Shown: positions 20,673 to 29,819 of the stretch, one piece after another
Position numbering within the stretch: position 1 is the stretch's first letter
Layout of the letters: the number at the start of each line of letters is the position of its first letter
Source of the DNA: Bdellovibrionales bacterium
GTDB lineage: Bacteria; Bdellovibrionota; Bdellovibrionia; Bdellovibrionales; CAYMLA01
Direction of reading: 5' to 3'
NCBI GenBank assembly: GCA_965217115.1
Contig: OZ244239.1
Location: 960,001-1,024,000, forward strand
DNA: 64,000 nucleotides
Position numbers and translations under genes: made by a program
The notes under the pieces: model-generated
What the model was told of the DNA's origin: nothing
The model's database searches: none
What the model saw: only the letters and a program-made list of their open reading frames with translations

Positions 20673-21641
20673 TTGCCAAAAAGGACTCTAGAGATGAGTT
20701 TTATTAATTCACCTTCACATACCAAGTTCTATGAGTCTATCTCAAATAGAGATTATATTCTTAAATACATTAAATTAGGAAAAAGAGACTTCTCTGACTT
20801 CATTGAATCCTTAAAGAAGGCGCATGTTAGAATTGAAAAATATGAAAGCCAAGTCCACGACCCAGAAGATGTAGAGTTACAAGCTCTCTCTCTAGCTATA
20901 CTCACTACAGCCAAGCACCAAAAACCAGGTCTTATTATCCGTAAGAATACTTTCTTAATAGAGCTAATTCATCTCATTGACGATCTTTTTGATCGTCCTG
21001 ATGGCCTGCCATATGAAATCATGTATCAACATAGATTCGATGCAGAAAAGCTTATTTCTCACATGGAAGAACTCAAACCTGCAGGTCAAGCCATGCTCAA
21101 GCTTGCCCAAACAAAAAAACAGACTGAAGCTATTAAAATGACCCTTTTAAAAACCAATTTTGGTGGATTAATCCAGCGAGCAGATAATTCAGAACTTCAG
21201 CGTAAACTCCTCATTGAATACAGAGAGTTTTCCAGCCAAGGACTTAATAAGGATTTTTCAGCTGATATTCTTAAAATTGATTCTGTACATTATTACATGA
21301 CAACTGGTGTTGCCTCTGAAGCATATTTAGCATTGGATGAGAGAGCAAATCCCAACCTTTCTGAACTAATGAATATTTTAGCCGCGCCCCTTCTTTACAG
21401 TCATAATCATCTTATCGAAATCTCAAAAGGTGAGGCTCACTTTTTCGATCAACCCCACCCAACAGATAAAGGCTCAATGGAAATGCTAGACATAACTCTA
21501 AAACACATAAAAAAATACGACGATTTTTCTGGAATCACAGATCAAATGAATTTTTTTTTGAAACTCTTTAAAGAGAATATTTCCAAAGATCTCTATAACT
21601 ATTACTCTAGCAAGATCATCCCCCTTTTAGAGGAGCTATAG
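20673..21641 (+). CDS. Hypothetical helical protein with DDxxD motif (isoprenoid synthase fold candidate)
   Basis: 322-aa ORF, IELIHLIDDLFD; start uncertain. Confidence 0.5.
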   Translation: MPKRTLEMSFINSPSHTKFYESISNRDYILKYIKLGKRDFSDFIESLKKAHVRIEKYESQVHDPEDVELQALSLAILTTAKHQKPGLIIRKNTFLIELIHLIDDLFDRPDGLPYEIMYQHRFDAEKLISHMEELKPAGQAMLKLAQTKKQTEAIKMTLLKTNFGGLIQRADNSELQRKLLIEYREFSSQGLNKDFSADILKIDSVHYYMTTGVASEAYLALDERANPNLSELMNILAAPLLYSHNHLIEISKGEAHFFDQPHPTDKGSMEMLDITLKHIKKYDDFSGITDQMNFFLKLFKENISKDLYNYYSSKIIPLLEEL

Positions 21642-21646
21642 GCATG

Positions 21647-22432
21647 CTACGCAAGCCGCAGGTTCTTATCTCCTAAGATAATGATTAACTTGGAACGTAA
21701 ACGAGACACCGCTTGAGCATGAAGCTGGGAGATTCGACTCTCTGTTACACATAAAACCTTGCCTATTTCTTTTAGATTTAAATCTTCGTAATAATACAAT
21801 GACAATACTAAACGCTGACGCTCTGGAAGCTCTTCAATTGCCAATGCGACCAGTTCTTTTACTTTTTTAACACTTAGTTGATTTAAAGGATTGTTATTAA
21901 AATGGCAGCCTTCTAAAATATTTAAGATCGACTTTTTATCAGCATTGCTAAATGTCTGCTGCTCCTCCATAGAAAGTATACTCACTGGCCGAACCTGATT
22001 TACCAAATCATGAAACTCTTCCATCGTTAAATCTAATTTATCAGCGACCTCTTCATCTTTAGCCACTCTTCCCAAGTCTGACTCTAACGCAGCTATCGTT
22101 CTATCTAATAATTTAGATTTATCACGAATAGAACGAGGCACCCAATCTTGAGCCCGTAATTCATCCAAAATGGCACCACGAACACGAAATTCGGCATAAG
22201 TCTTAAACTTATTATCTCGAGTTGGATCGTATTTATCAATAGCATCCATTAACCCTATCACACCACTCGAAATTAAATCATCCAACTCTATGTTTGACGG
22301 TAAACGTATTGCTATTTTTTGAGCAATAAATTTAATCAACGGAGCATACTCTGTGACTAGCTTATCTTTCTGAGCTCTCGTTAATTGATTTGGAGATTCT
22401 TTATATTTCCTTACCGACGAGTTATTTGTCAT
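21647..22432 (-). CDS. fliA: Sigma-28 FliA/WhiG
   Basis: LDDLISSGVIGL, FKTYAEFRVRGAILDELRAQDWVPRS, LSLYYYEDLNLKEIG, TESRISQLH. Confidence 0.96.
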   Translation of the reverse strand: MTNNSSVRKYKESPNQLTRAQKDKLVTEYAPLIKFIAQKIAIRLPSNIELDDLISSGVIGLMDAIDKYDPTRDNKFKTYAEFRVRGAILDELRAQDWVPRSIRDKSKLLDRTIAALESDLGRVAKDEEVADKLDLTMEEFHDLVNQVRPVSILSMEEQQTFSNADKKSILNILEGCHFNNNPLNQLSVKKVKELVALAIEELPERQRLVLSLYYYEDLNLKEIGKVLCVTESRISQLHAQAVSRLRSKLIIILGDKNLRLA

Positions 22433-22502
22433 GAATTTTCTCCCCCTTTCCCACTAAGAATATTCTACCAAATAAAAATAAATCTAAAAGTCCAATTTTG
22501 TA

Positions 22503-23306
22503 TTAAGCAACTCCAACTACTTGATTCCAGAAGAAGCCCATCTCATTTTGTTTTTTTAGATCATGTGACAAACTCTCTAAATACCTTCCAATACGTATTA
22601 TTTCACGTTTTGTCGCCCTCTGTTGCCCTTGTCTCATTATAAGACAATCACTATGAAAGCCTCTACGTAAGTAGCCATCCATAGGTATAGACCCTGCGTA
22701 ATCCAGACTTACGTTAAGAAATTTAAACACGACTTCATTGAATTTTTTAAATAAAAAATGGCCATGATTTCCGTCATCGACAAAGTTACAAATAACAGAT
22801 AGCTTTTGTTTTTTATTATTTTCAGTTAACACTTTTATCAAAGCATAGGAGTCAGAAAAACTCGATGGGTTTGGAGTGATAACTACCATTTTTTCCTGAC
22901 AAGCAGAACTCAAATGCAATGTTGTTTCAGATATTCCCGAAGCTGTATCAATTAAAACATAATCAAAGTCAGTTTTTAAATTCACAGTTTCCTCTAATAG
23001 GTAAATTCTTTGATCGAGAGTTAATTTTTGTAAATCATCAAAACTACTTCCACATGGAATTACCCAAACCCTTGGTGTTACTTCCAATAAAACATCGTTC
23101 AATGTTGCAGACTTACTAACAACGTCATAAAGACCTTTACTAGGGCTAATTCCAAACATAATATCAATATTCGCCACACCCATACCAGCATCAAAAATTA
23201 AAACTTTCTTGCCTTGTTTAGCCAAATAACAAGCCAAATTGCATATTAGAGTTGTTCTACCAACGCCATTTTTCCCAGAAATCATACTAATCGTTTTTGT
23301 CTTCAT
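22503..23306 (-). CDS. flhG: FlhG/FleN MinD-like protein with degenerate ATPase motifs
   Basis: SGKNGVGRTT, ANIDIMFG, IDTASGI, SFSDSYALIKVL; between flhF and fliA. Confidence 0.85.
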   Translation of the reverse strand: MKTKTISMISGKNGVGRTTLICNLACYLAKQGKKVLIFDAGMGVANIDIMFGISPSKGLYDVVSKSATLNDVLLEVTPRVWVIPCGSSFDDLQKLTLDQRIYLLEETVNLKTDFDYVLIDTASGISETTLHLSSACQEKMVVITPNPSSFSDSYALIKVLTENNKKQKLSVICNFVDDGNHGHFLFKKFNEVVFKFLNVSLDYAGSIPMDGYLRRGFHSDCLIMRQGQQRATKREIIRIGRYLESLSHDLKKQNEMGFFWNQVVGVA

Positions 23307-23318
23307 ACTCTCTGCCCA

Positions 23319-24431
23319 CTAATTAGAAATTTTAAATATTAAATCTAAAACTCGTTCTCTGGTCGCAATCTCATAATCTTCAGGAATATTACAGCCGACT
23401 CCAAAAGAGTGAAGGGGCACTTGAAATTTTTGTTGAAAATTATACAACAGCCCGTGTTGAATAGATTCATCGACACGATTAAAAATGACATCATCAAAAT
23501 CTGTCATTCGATAACGACGAGCCATTTCAAAAGCATCTTGATCCTTCGTTATCGCCGATTGTACATAATGCACTCGAGATGAAACACCCTGGGGAGGTAA
23601 CATTTTTTTTAATCTAGAGATCTCCTCTAACTCTTTTAACTTAAAACCAGGTGTATCCAGTAAAATATAGTCCACAGACTTTAGCTGCTCTAAAATTTGT
23701 GACCAATTAACCTTTCCACGCAAAATCCCAAAGGGAGCATTCAGAATCTGTGCATAAATCTTTAATTGATCTACAGCCCCCACTTTATCTGTATCTCCAC
23801 TAATAATAGCCACTTTTTTCTTTTCTTTAATAATTAAGTAGCTTGCCATTTTTATCAAACAGGACGTCTTGCCCTGTCCTGACGAACCAACAAAAACATG
23901 AACTTTTTCATTAGCTAATTCTTCAACGACTCGAGTGCTTCCCATGATGTAACGAGCAGCCCATGCATCAATCAAAGTTTCTTTCTTCAACTGGACTGGG
24001 GTTAAACTTTTCTGAGCTTGTAGAAGAATTTTTGCAATAAACTCCTTATCCAAACCCACCTTATTTAACTTTTGATATGTATTGCTTAAATCGTAAGATA
24101 ATCCAAATTTAGCTCCTGGATGAGGCGTTACAAACCCCTGTGGCTCCTTCTTAAACTGATAAATCACATTCTTTAAACGGGACACTTGCTGTTTAAGATT
24201 ATTGATCTCTCCCTGTGAATTACCTTCATCACTCTCTTCTTTCGTGTTTTTTTTCTTCTGAGATATATTATTCGAAATAGCTGCGGTCACTTCAACGCTG
24301 TCTTCACCTAACAAACCGAAGCTTTTTATGTTATCACGGATTGACAGAACAATTGCCTCTGGGCCCATATCCACCTTTACCATCTCTAAAACTTCTTTCA
24401 TTGTTTGAGCTTCAAATTTTCTAACTTGCAT
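23319..24431 (-). CDS. flhF: Flagellar SRP-type GTPase FlhF
   Basis: MQVRKFEAQTMKEVLEMVK..MGPEAIVLS N-terminus, GSSGQGKTS, VGAVDQLKIYAQIL, DTPG, IPED. Confidence 0.9.
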   Translation of the reverse strand: MQVRKFEAQTMKEVLEMVKVDMGPEAIVLSIRDNIKSFGLLGEDSVEVTAAISNNISQKKKNTKEESDEGNSQGEINNLKQQVSRLKNVIYQFKKEPQGFVTPHPGAKFGLSYDLSNTYQKLNKVGLDKEFIAKILLQAQKSLTPVQLKKETLIDAWAARYIMGSTRVVEELANEKVHVFVGSSGQGKTSCLIKMASYLIIKEKKKVAIISGDTDKVGAVDQLKIYAQILNAPFGILRGKVNWSQILEQLKSVDYILLDTPGFKLKELEEISRLKKMLPPQGVSSRVHYVQSAITKDQDAFEMARRYRMTDFDDVIFNRVDESIQHGLLYNFQQKFQVPLHSFGVGCNIPEDYEIATRERVLDLIFKISN

Positions 24432-24497
24432 TCTTCAACTCCATGACATTCATCAAAAACATATTGGCATCTTATGTTAATTCATTATACAAAACAC

Positions 24498-25466
24498 CTA
24501 CAGCTCCTTCATCCCTTTTAAACCTTTAGAAACAAACTCACGAATACCACCAATAGAAAAGTCATCACTTAAGTTTTCTTGACCCAGATGATCTGGAACT
24601 TGCTCTGGTGAAAAGTCCTCATAGTTCTCTTCTTCATCTAAAAAATCTAGAGACTTAATCATATTGATATTCTGATTTGTAATTCCAATAAGCATGGTCT
24701 CACCTGCTACACGAATTATAGCTAAACTCTTCCTAGATCCTACAGAGTGCTGAGTCAGCACTCGTATCTTGCTATCAGTCAACTGTACTTTTTTGTTTTT
24801 TAACCAACGCTTAATTCCTAAAAAACTCATCGCTAATAAAAAGGCCACAGCTAACAGAGATAGTAACATTTGAACCAAACCTCCAGATTCAGTTGATTTT
24901 TTTTTATCGTGTTGTTTCTTTAGAAGAGGTGTCTTTTCTTCTGATAAAGAAACTTTTTTATTTATAGTCATTTTTTGAGATAGAGATCGCTCCAAACTCT
25001 TTGCCTTAATTATAGATTGAGAATTCCAATCAACATGGCCTTTTTTGGATGCAACGTCATTTTCCACAGGAAGCTGAACCTTGACCGTAACAGTTTTATC
25101 TCTAGTAACAACATTCACCAAACCCTTAAAACGACCCGCTTTGATCCCGTCATAGATCACTCGAACTCTGAGAGTCTCTCTGGCTAATTGATACATATAA
25201 AGACTCTTTACTTTGTTTTTCTGAACTTTTTGAAACTTACGGCCTTCTTTAATTTCTGCTCCTGAAAAATCAATCTGAACAGTCTCGTTTATAAAATTTA
25301 ATTTATGCGATATTCCTTCTACTGATTTATCAAAAATAAAATGCCCAATAAATACCTTGTTGTTGTCATTAAAACTCGTCTGAGTTTCCTTAAGAACGAT
25401 AAGCGATCTTCCATAAGACAGAACAGAGGTTAGTGAAAATAATGAAAGCAACAGTAATCTCTTCAT
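24498..25466 (-). CDS. fliO: FliO/FliZ with large N-terminal periplasmic (AMIN-like) domain
   Basis: Signal peptide, beta-rich domain, TM, then IRVLTQHSVGSRKSLAIIRVAGETMLIGIT FliO signature; start moved to ATG 25466 (GGAGAA RBS). Confidence 0.85.
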   Translation of the reverse strand: MKRLLLLSLFSLTSVLSYGRSLIVLKETQTSFNDNNKVFIGHFIFDKSVEGISHKLNFINETVQIDFSGAEIKEGRKFQKVQKNKVKSLYMYQLARETLRVRVIYDGIKAGRFKGLVNVVTRDKTVTVKVQLPVENDVASKKGHVDWNSQSIIKAKSLERSLSQKMTINKKVSLSEEKTPLLKKQHDKKKSTESGGLVQMLLSLLAVAFLLAMSFLGIKRWLKNKKVQLTDSKIRVLTQHSVGSRKSLAIIRVAGETMLIGITNQNINMIKSLDFLDEEENYEDFSPEQVPDHLGQENLSDDFSIGGIREFVSKGLKGMKEL

Positions 25467-25557
25467 ACATCTTCTCCATGACAAGGTAATTTCAATTTAA
25501 TTGCATCCCTTTATTTATAACTTTCAACAAATTCACACACCCACCCAACTATTTTCT

Positions 25558-25575
25558 AAGCAACGTAAATGCCAA
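25558..25575 (-). promoter_or_regulatory. Sigma-54 -24/-12 promoter
   Basis: Minus strand TTGGCATTTACGTTGCTT, exact GG-N10-GC spacing, about 90 nt upstream of fliO. Confidence 0.75.
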
Positions 25576-25674
25576 TTAGACCTTAGATAAGCGTTTCTAT
25601 GAATTTGACTAATAGAAAGTCCTAATACTCATACAAAAGCCCAATGTTTCTCGCTCTTTGTACAGAGAGAAAAT

Positions 25675-25690
25675 TGTCACATTATTGACA
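25675..25690. promoter_or_regulatory. FleQ-type enhancer palindrome
   Basis: TGTCA-CATTAT-TGACA, about 100 bp upstream of the -24 box. Confidence 0.55.
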
Positions 25691-25909
25691 CTAAATGATC
25701 GTCTTGGATTTTAGATAAACACACTTCGTTTTTAAATCAAATTTAGGTACTTTTCTGGAAATTCAACGGCCCAAGAGTGCCTAAGGCGCAATAGACAACC
25801 ATCAATGTCTCTGGCATCTCTTATTTGCTCCAAAAAAGCATTTTTGTCGCTACTCACCGTATTTTAAAAGAACACCCTCGCCCTAAATCCCCGTCAAAGA
25901 CCTGACACA

Positions 25910-25938
25910 TTGACCTTCCACTCCCTTAGGGTTAGCAT
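25910..25938 (+). promoter_or_regulatory. Sigma-70-type promoter for SPOR gene
   Basis: TTGACC-N17-TAGCAT. Confidence 0.5.
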
Positions 25939-25978
25939 ATTTTAAATATTCTAAATGTTTAATAAGGAGAGCCCTAAC

Positions 25979-26686
25979 GTGGAAAAAAAACAACCCTCTA
26001 AAAGAAGAAAATCTCAAACTGATTCTTTTGTTAAATTGATTCTTATTTTTTTCATCTCTCTACTTTCCTTCTCCGTAGGAACTTTTGTTGGTAAAGAGTT
26101 CTCAGACAATCAATATGAACTCTCTAAATTAAAGAACACTGCTAAGCTTAATACTGCTTCAACCACGATGAAAGCTGACTCTAAGACCAATATAGGTTCA
26201 AGTAATCTTCTAACAGATGAAGACATAGAGAAATTGGCTGAAGAGTTTATCTCAGATAAAAAACCCACTTCCATTCAAGAAGATAACCCACTTAAGAAAA
26301 AGCTCTCCCCCACAACAAACACATCACAAGAAATAACATCAGAAAAAAAATCTGCCTCTAAGACTCCTATCGCTAAAAAGAATGCTTCCCATAAAATCCA
26401 AAGACTACCATCAAACTTACCCTCTGCCGTAGCAACTAGTCCCATTAATAAATACACCATACAAGTCGCTTCATACTTATCAGAAGAAGAAGCCAAGCAT
26501 GAGGTCTCTAAATTAAAAAACAATGGTTTTAGTGCTTTCTATGTTTCTGCTAAAATTAAAAACAGCACATGGTTTCGCGTTAGTGTCGGTTTATTTGAAA
26601 AACGCAAGGAAGCTATTTCTTATCGTAAAAAACTAATGAAACAAGCTAAAATTAATTCAGCTATTGTACAAAAAATCCTACGATAA
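25979..26686 (+). CDS. SPOR-domain cell division protein (FtsN/DedD-like)
   Basis: TM, long linker, YTIQVASY...WFRVSVGLF SPOR motif; GTG start after AAGGAG. Confidence 0.88.
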   Translation: MEKKQPSKRRKSQTDSFVKLILIFFISLLSFSVGTFVGKEFSDNQYELSKLKNTAKLNTASTTMKADSKTNIGSSNLLTDEDIEKLAEEFISDKKPTSIQEDNPLKKKLSPTTNTSQEITSEKKSASKTPIAKKNASHKIQRLPSNLPSAVATSPINKYTIQVASYLSEEEAKHEVSKLKNNGFSAFYVSAKIKNSTWFRVSVGLFEKRKEAISYRKKLMKQAKINSAIVQKILR

Positions 26687-26711
26687 TTGCTTTAATTTGA
26701 ACGGTATTAAA

Positions 26712-27368
26712 TTATTTTTTTATGGCAATCGTCATCCCTTCATAGGTCGGTAGTAAAATAGACTCAAATTTATCTGAATTCGCTAAACGCTGATTAAATT
26801 CTCTCATCGTCTTTATCGTCTTCTGGCTTATTTTAGAATCTCTAGGTTTTCCATAAACTGCTCCGAAGAGAAACGTATTATCTCCAACAATCAAACCGCC
26901 TTCACGTACATTTTTTTCAGCCCAATCTAGATAAAGGCCATACCCACCCTTATTCGCATCAATAAAAACCATATCAAAAGGACCTTTTTTTGAAAGTTTC
27001 TGTAAACTCTCAGAAGCATCTCCAGAGAGAACCTCTATGCTGTTAGCGCACTCACTTTTGTTTAAAAAAGACTTTGCTTGTTCGGCCCTTTTCTCATCTT
27101 TCTCCAGCGTGTAAATCTTGCCTTTCAAAGGTAGGGCTCTGGCCATCCACAATGCTGAATATCCAAGAAAAGTACCAATCTCTACAACACTTTTTACCTC
27201 CCTTAGCTTAATCAACATATGAAGTGTCTTTGCCTCCACTGGATTCAAGCTCATTCCCCCTAAAGTTTGCGCTTCTGCTTCCTGTTGAATCTCTCTCAAT
27301 AAAGAGTCCTCTTGACTAAAAAGAGATTTCACATAGTCAAAAGCCTCAGATTTAGCATCTTCTCTCAT
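26712..27368 (-). CDS. O-methyltransferase (caffeoyl-CoA OMT-like / TrmR family)
   Basis: VEIGTFLGYSA, FDMVFIDANK, GGLIVGDN. Confidence 0.9.
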   Translation of the reverse strand: MREDAKSEAFDYVKSLFSQEDSLLREIQQEAEAQTLGGMSLNPVEAKTLHMLIKLREVKSVVEIGTFLGYSALWMARALPLKGKIYTLEKDEKRAEQAKSFLNKSECANSIEVLSGDASESLQKLSKKGPFDMVFIDANKGGYGLYLDWAEKNVREGGLIVGDNTFLFGAVYGKPRDSKISQKTIKTMREFNQRLANSDKFESILLPTYEGMTIAIKK

Positions 27369-27444
27369 ATTTACCTCGTATTTGACCTCGGTTAAAAACC
27401 TCTATACTCTAGCATAGTTTTAGTCCATTTATCAGGGGTTACTC

Positions 27445-28113
27445 ATCAAAAAAAAACTTCTTATCTTTGATCTTGATGGAACTCTTGTAAACTCGGCAGA
27501 AGATGTTACTTTGGCCGCCAATATCGTTCTAAATAAATATGGGAAAAAAAATCTTGATATTACAGAAATAACATCCCACATGGGAACAGGTCCTGGAAAA
27601 TTAGTTCTCGATTTGTTTCCTGAACTTAAAAACTCAGACTCTTCTAAAAAGAAACAAATCATCCATGAATATTTACAAGCCTATCATGACAATATGACAA
27701 AAAATACCACAGTTTATCCTGGAGTTTTCGATTTTCTCGATCAATGGCAAGGACAACTTGCACTCGTTACCAATAAACCAGAGTTTTTAGCAAAACCACT
27801 TATGGAAAAATTCGGATTTAATAAATACTCTTGGGTCACACAAATAGGGGGTGATTCTTTATCTGAAAAAAAGCCTCACCCCTTGCCATTAATAAAATCT
27901 ATGGAAACCGCAGGTGTTAACAATCAACAGACCGTTATGATCGGTGATGGTTTTCCAGATGTCGAAGCTGCGCAAAATGCAAATATCCCCTGTATTGCTG
28001 TTTCCTATGGCTATTCACCAGTAAATGAACTCCTTACCGCAGGAGCCTATACGTCTATTAATTCTATTTTTGAACTTTCAAATGTCTTGAGTAATCTTTT
28101 TAAACTGGACTGA
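27445..28113 (+). CDS. HAD-superfamily phosphatase (phosphoglycolate phosphatase-like)
   Basis: In-frame KKKLLIFDLDGTLVNS upstream of track start; VTNKP, KKPHP, MIGDG; apparent non-canonical ATC start. Confidence 0.85.
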   Translation: MKKKLLIFDLDGTLVNSAEDVTLAANIVLNKYGKKNLDITEITSHMGTGPGKLVLDLFPELKNSDSSKKKQIIHEYLQAYHDNMTKNTTVYPGVFDFLDQWQGQLALVTNKPEFLAKPLMEKFGFNKYSWVTQIGGDSLSEKKPHPLPLIKSMETAGVNNQQTVMIGDGFPDVEAAQNANIPCIAVSYGYSPVNELLTAGAYTSINSIFELSNVLSNLFKLD

Positions 28114-28118
28114 CTACC

Positions 28119-29819
28119 ATGCCTCTTCTGCAAATAGACCAATTAACCGTAGATTTTCAAACAAATGAAGGATCTATAAGTGCTGTTAAAAACATATCTT
28201 TTGATATTTCCAAAGGAAAAATAATGGGGCTTGTCGGCGAGTCAGGATCTGGAAAAAGCGTCACTTCCTTATCTATTATGAATTTAATTCCTAACCCTCC
28301 AGGGAAAATATCTCACGGACGTATTCTATTTGAAGGCAATGATCTAGCCAAATACTCTGAGAAAAAAATGCGTCAAATTCGCGGAAAAGAAATTGCAATG
28401 ATTTTTCAAGAGCCTATGACAAGCCTTAATCCTGTTTATACTGTAGGGGATCAAATAGCAGAAGTTCTCACCCTTCACGAAGGAATCTCACATAAACAGG
28501 CCTGGAAAAAAAGTCTCTCACTCCTCGAACAGGTCGGAATTCCTGAACCTCATAAGAAAATTAATTCCTATCCCCATGAACTCAGCGGAGGACAGAGACA
28601 AAGAGTTATGATTGCCATTGCTGTTGCCTGTGAGCCAAAGCTTCTTATTGCCGATGAGCCAACAACAGCTCTGGATGTCACTATTCAAAAACAAATCTTA
28701 GAATTAATAAAAACTTTACAAAAAAAATATGGCATGAGTGTCCTTTTCATTACTCATGATTTATCTGTTGTTGCTGAAATTGCCGATGATGTTGTCGTTA
28801 TGTACCAAGGAAATATTGTCGAAAAGAACTCTTGCAAAGATCTCTTTTTAAAACCTCAACACCCATATACTAAGAGCCTTTTATCCTGTCGCCCTTCATT
28901 AGAGGAAAACCCTAAAAGACTACCCGTTATTAGTGATTTTATGAATGACGATGGTAGTGAAAAACACCACGCTCATTTAAAAAACCAAGAACAACGAGTT
29001 TACAGGCCTATCGACGAACTTAAAAATCCACTTATATTAGAAGTTGCCTCTTTAAAGAAGAATTACACCCAAGAAATTAACTTCTGGGGTCAAGCACGAT
29101 CTATCTCCAAAGCTGTCGATTCCGTTAGCTTAAAAGTTTATAAAGGGAGAACTCTTGGTCTTGTTGGTGAATCTGGTTGTGGAAAAACGACTCTGGGAAG
29201 AACGATTCTAAGGCTTATCGAGCCTAGTGGTGGTGATGTCGTCTATAACGGTAAAAATATTTTCTCTCTCAACGAAAAAGATATGTGTCACATGAGAAAA
29301 AAAATACAAATCATATTTCAAGATCCATATGCTTCTTTAAATCCACGAATGAAAGTTGGTAACTCCATTATTGAACCAATGCTTGTTCATAACATAGGTA
29401 AAAATAAAAATGAACGTCGAAAAATAGCTGAAGATTTAATTATCAAATGCGGACTTGAGAAAAAACACCTGGATCGCTACCCCCATGAATTCTCTGGTGG
29501 GCAAAGACAACGTGTGTGTATCGCTCGCACCTTAGCCGTACAACCTGAGTTTATCATCTGTGACGAAGCTGTCTCAGCCCTAGATGTCTCTGTACAGGCC
29601 CAAATCCTTAATCTTCTCTTAGACTTACAAGAAGAATTTGGCTTAACTTATATTTTTATTTCCCATGACTTAGCTGTAGTAAAATTCTTTGCCGACGAGC
29701 TTGCTGTAATGAATAATGGGAGGATTGTCGAGTATGCCAGCTCTGAAGAAATCTATCGATCTCCTAAAAATGATTACACAAAAAAACTTCTAACCTCTAT
29801 TCCTAAAGGTATTCTATGA
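28119..29819 (+). CDS. Peptide ABC transporter, fused double ATP-binding subunit
   Basis: Two GESG(S/C)GK Walker A motifs, two YPHE(L/F)SGGQRQR motifs. Confidence 0.93.
   Translation: MPLLQIDQLTVDFQTNEGSISAVKNISFDISKGKIMGLVGESGSGKSVTSLSIMNLIPNPPGKISHGRILFEGNDLAKYSEKKMRQIRGKEIAMIFQEPMTSLNPVYTVGDQIAEVLTLHEGISHKQAWKKSLSLLEQVGIPEPHKKINSYPHELSGGQRQRVMIAIAVACEPKLLIADEPTTALDVTIQKQILELIKTLQKKYGMSVLFITHDLSVVAEIADDVVVMYQGNIVEKNSCKDLFLKPQHPYTKSLLSCRPSLEENPKRLPVISDFMNDDGSEKHHAHLKNQEQRVYRPIDELKNPLILEVASLKKNYTQEINFWGQARSISKAVDSVSLKVYKGRTLGLVGESGCGKTTLGRTILRLIEPSGGDVVYNGKNIFSLNEKDMCHMRKKIQIIFQDPYASLNPRMKVGNSIIEPMLVHNIGKNKNERRKIAEDLIIKCGLEKKHLDRYPHEFSGGQRQRVCIARTLAVQPEFIICDEAVSALDVSVQAQILNLLLDLQEEFGLTYIFISHDLAVVKFFADELAVMNNGRIVEYASSEEIYRSPKNDYTKKLLTSIPKGIL

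Noticed and set aside
25812..25828. Plus-strand TGGCA...TTGC as a sigma-54 site
   Set aside because: GG to GC spacing is 12, not 10
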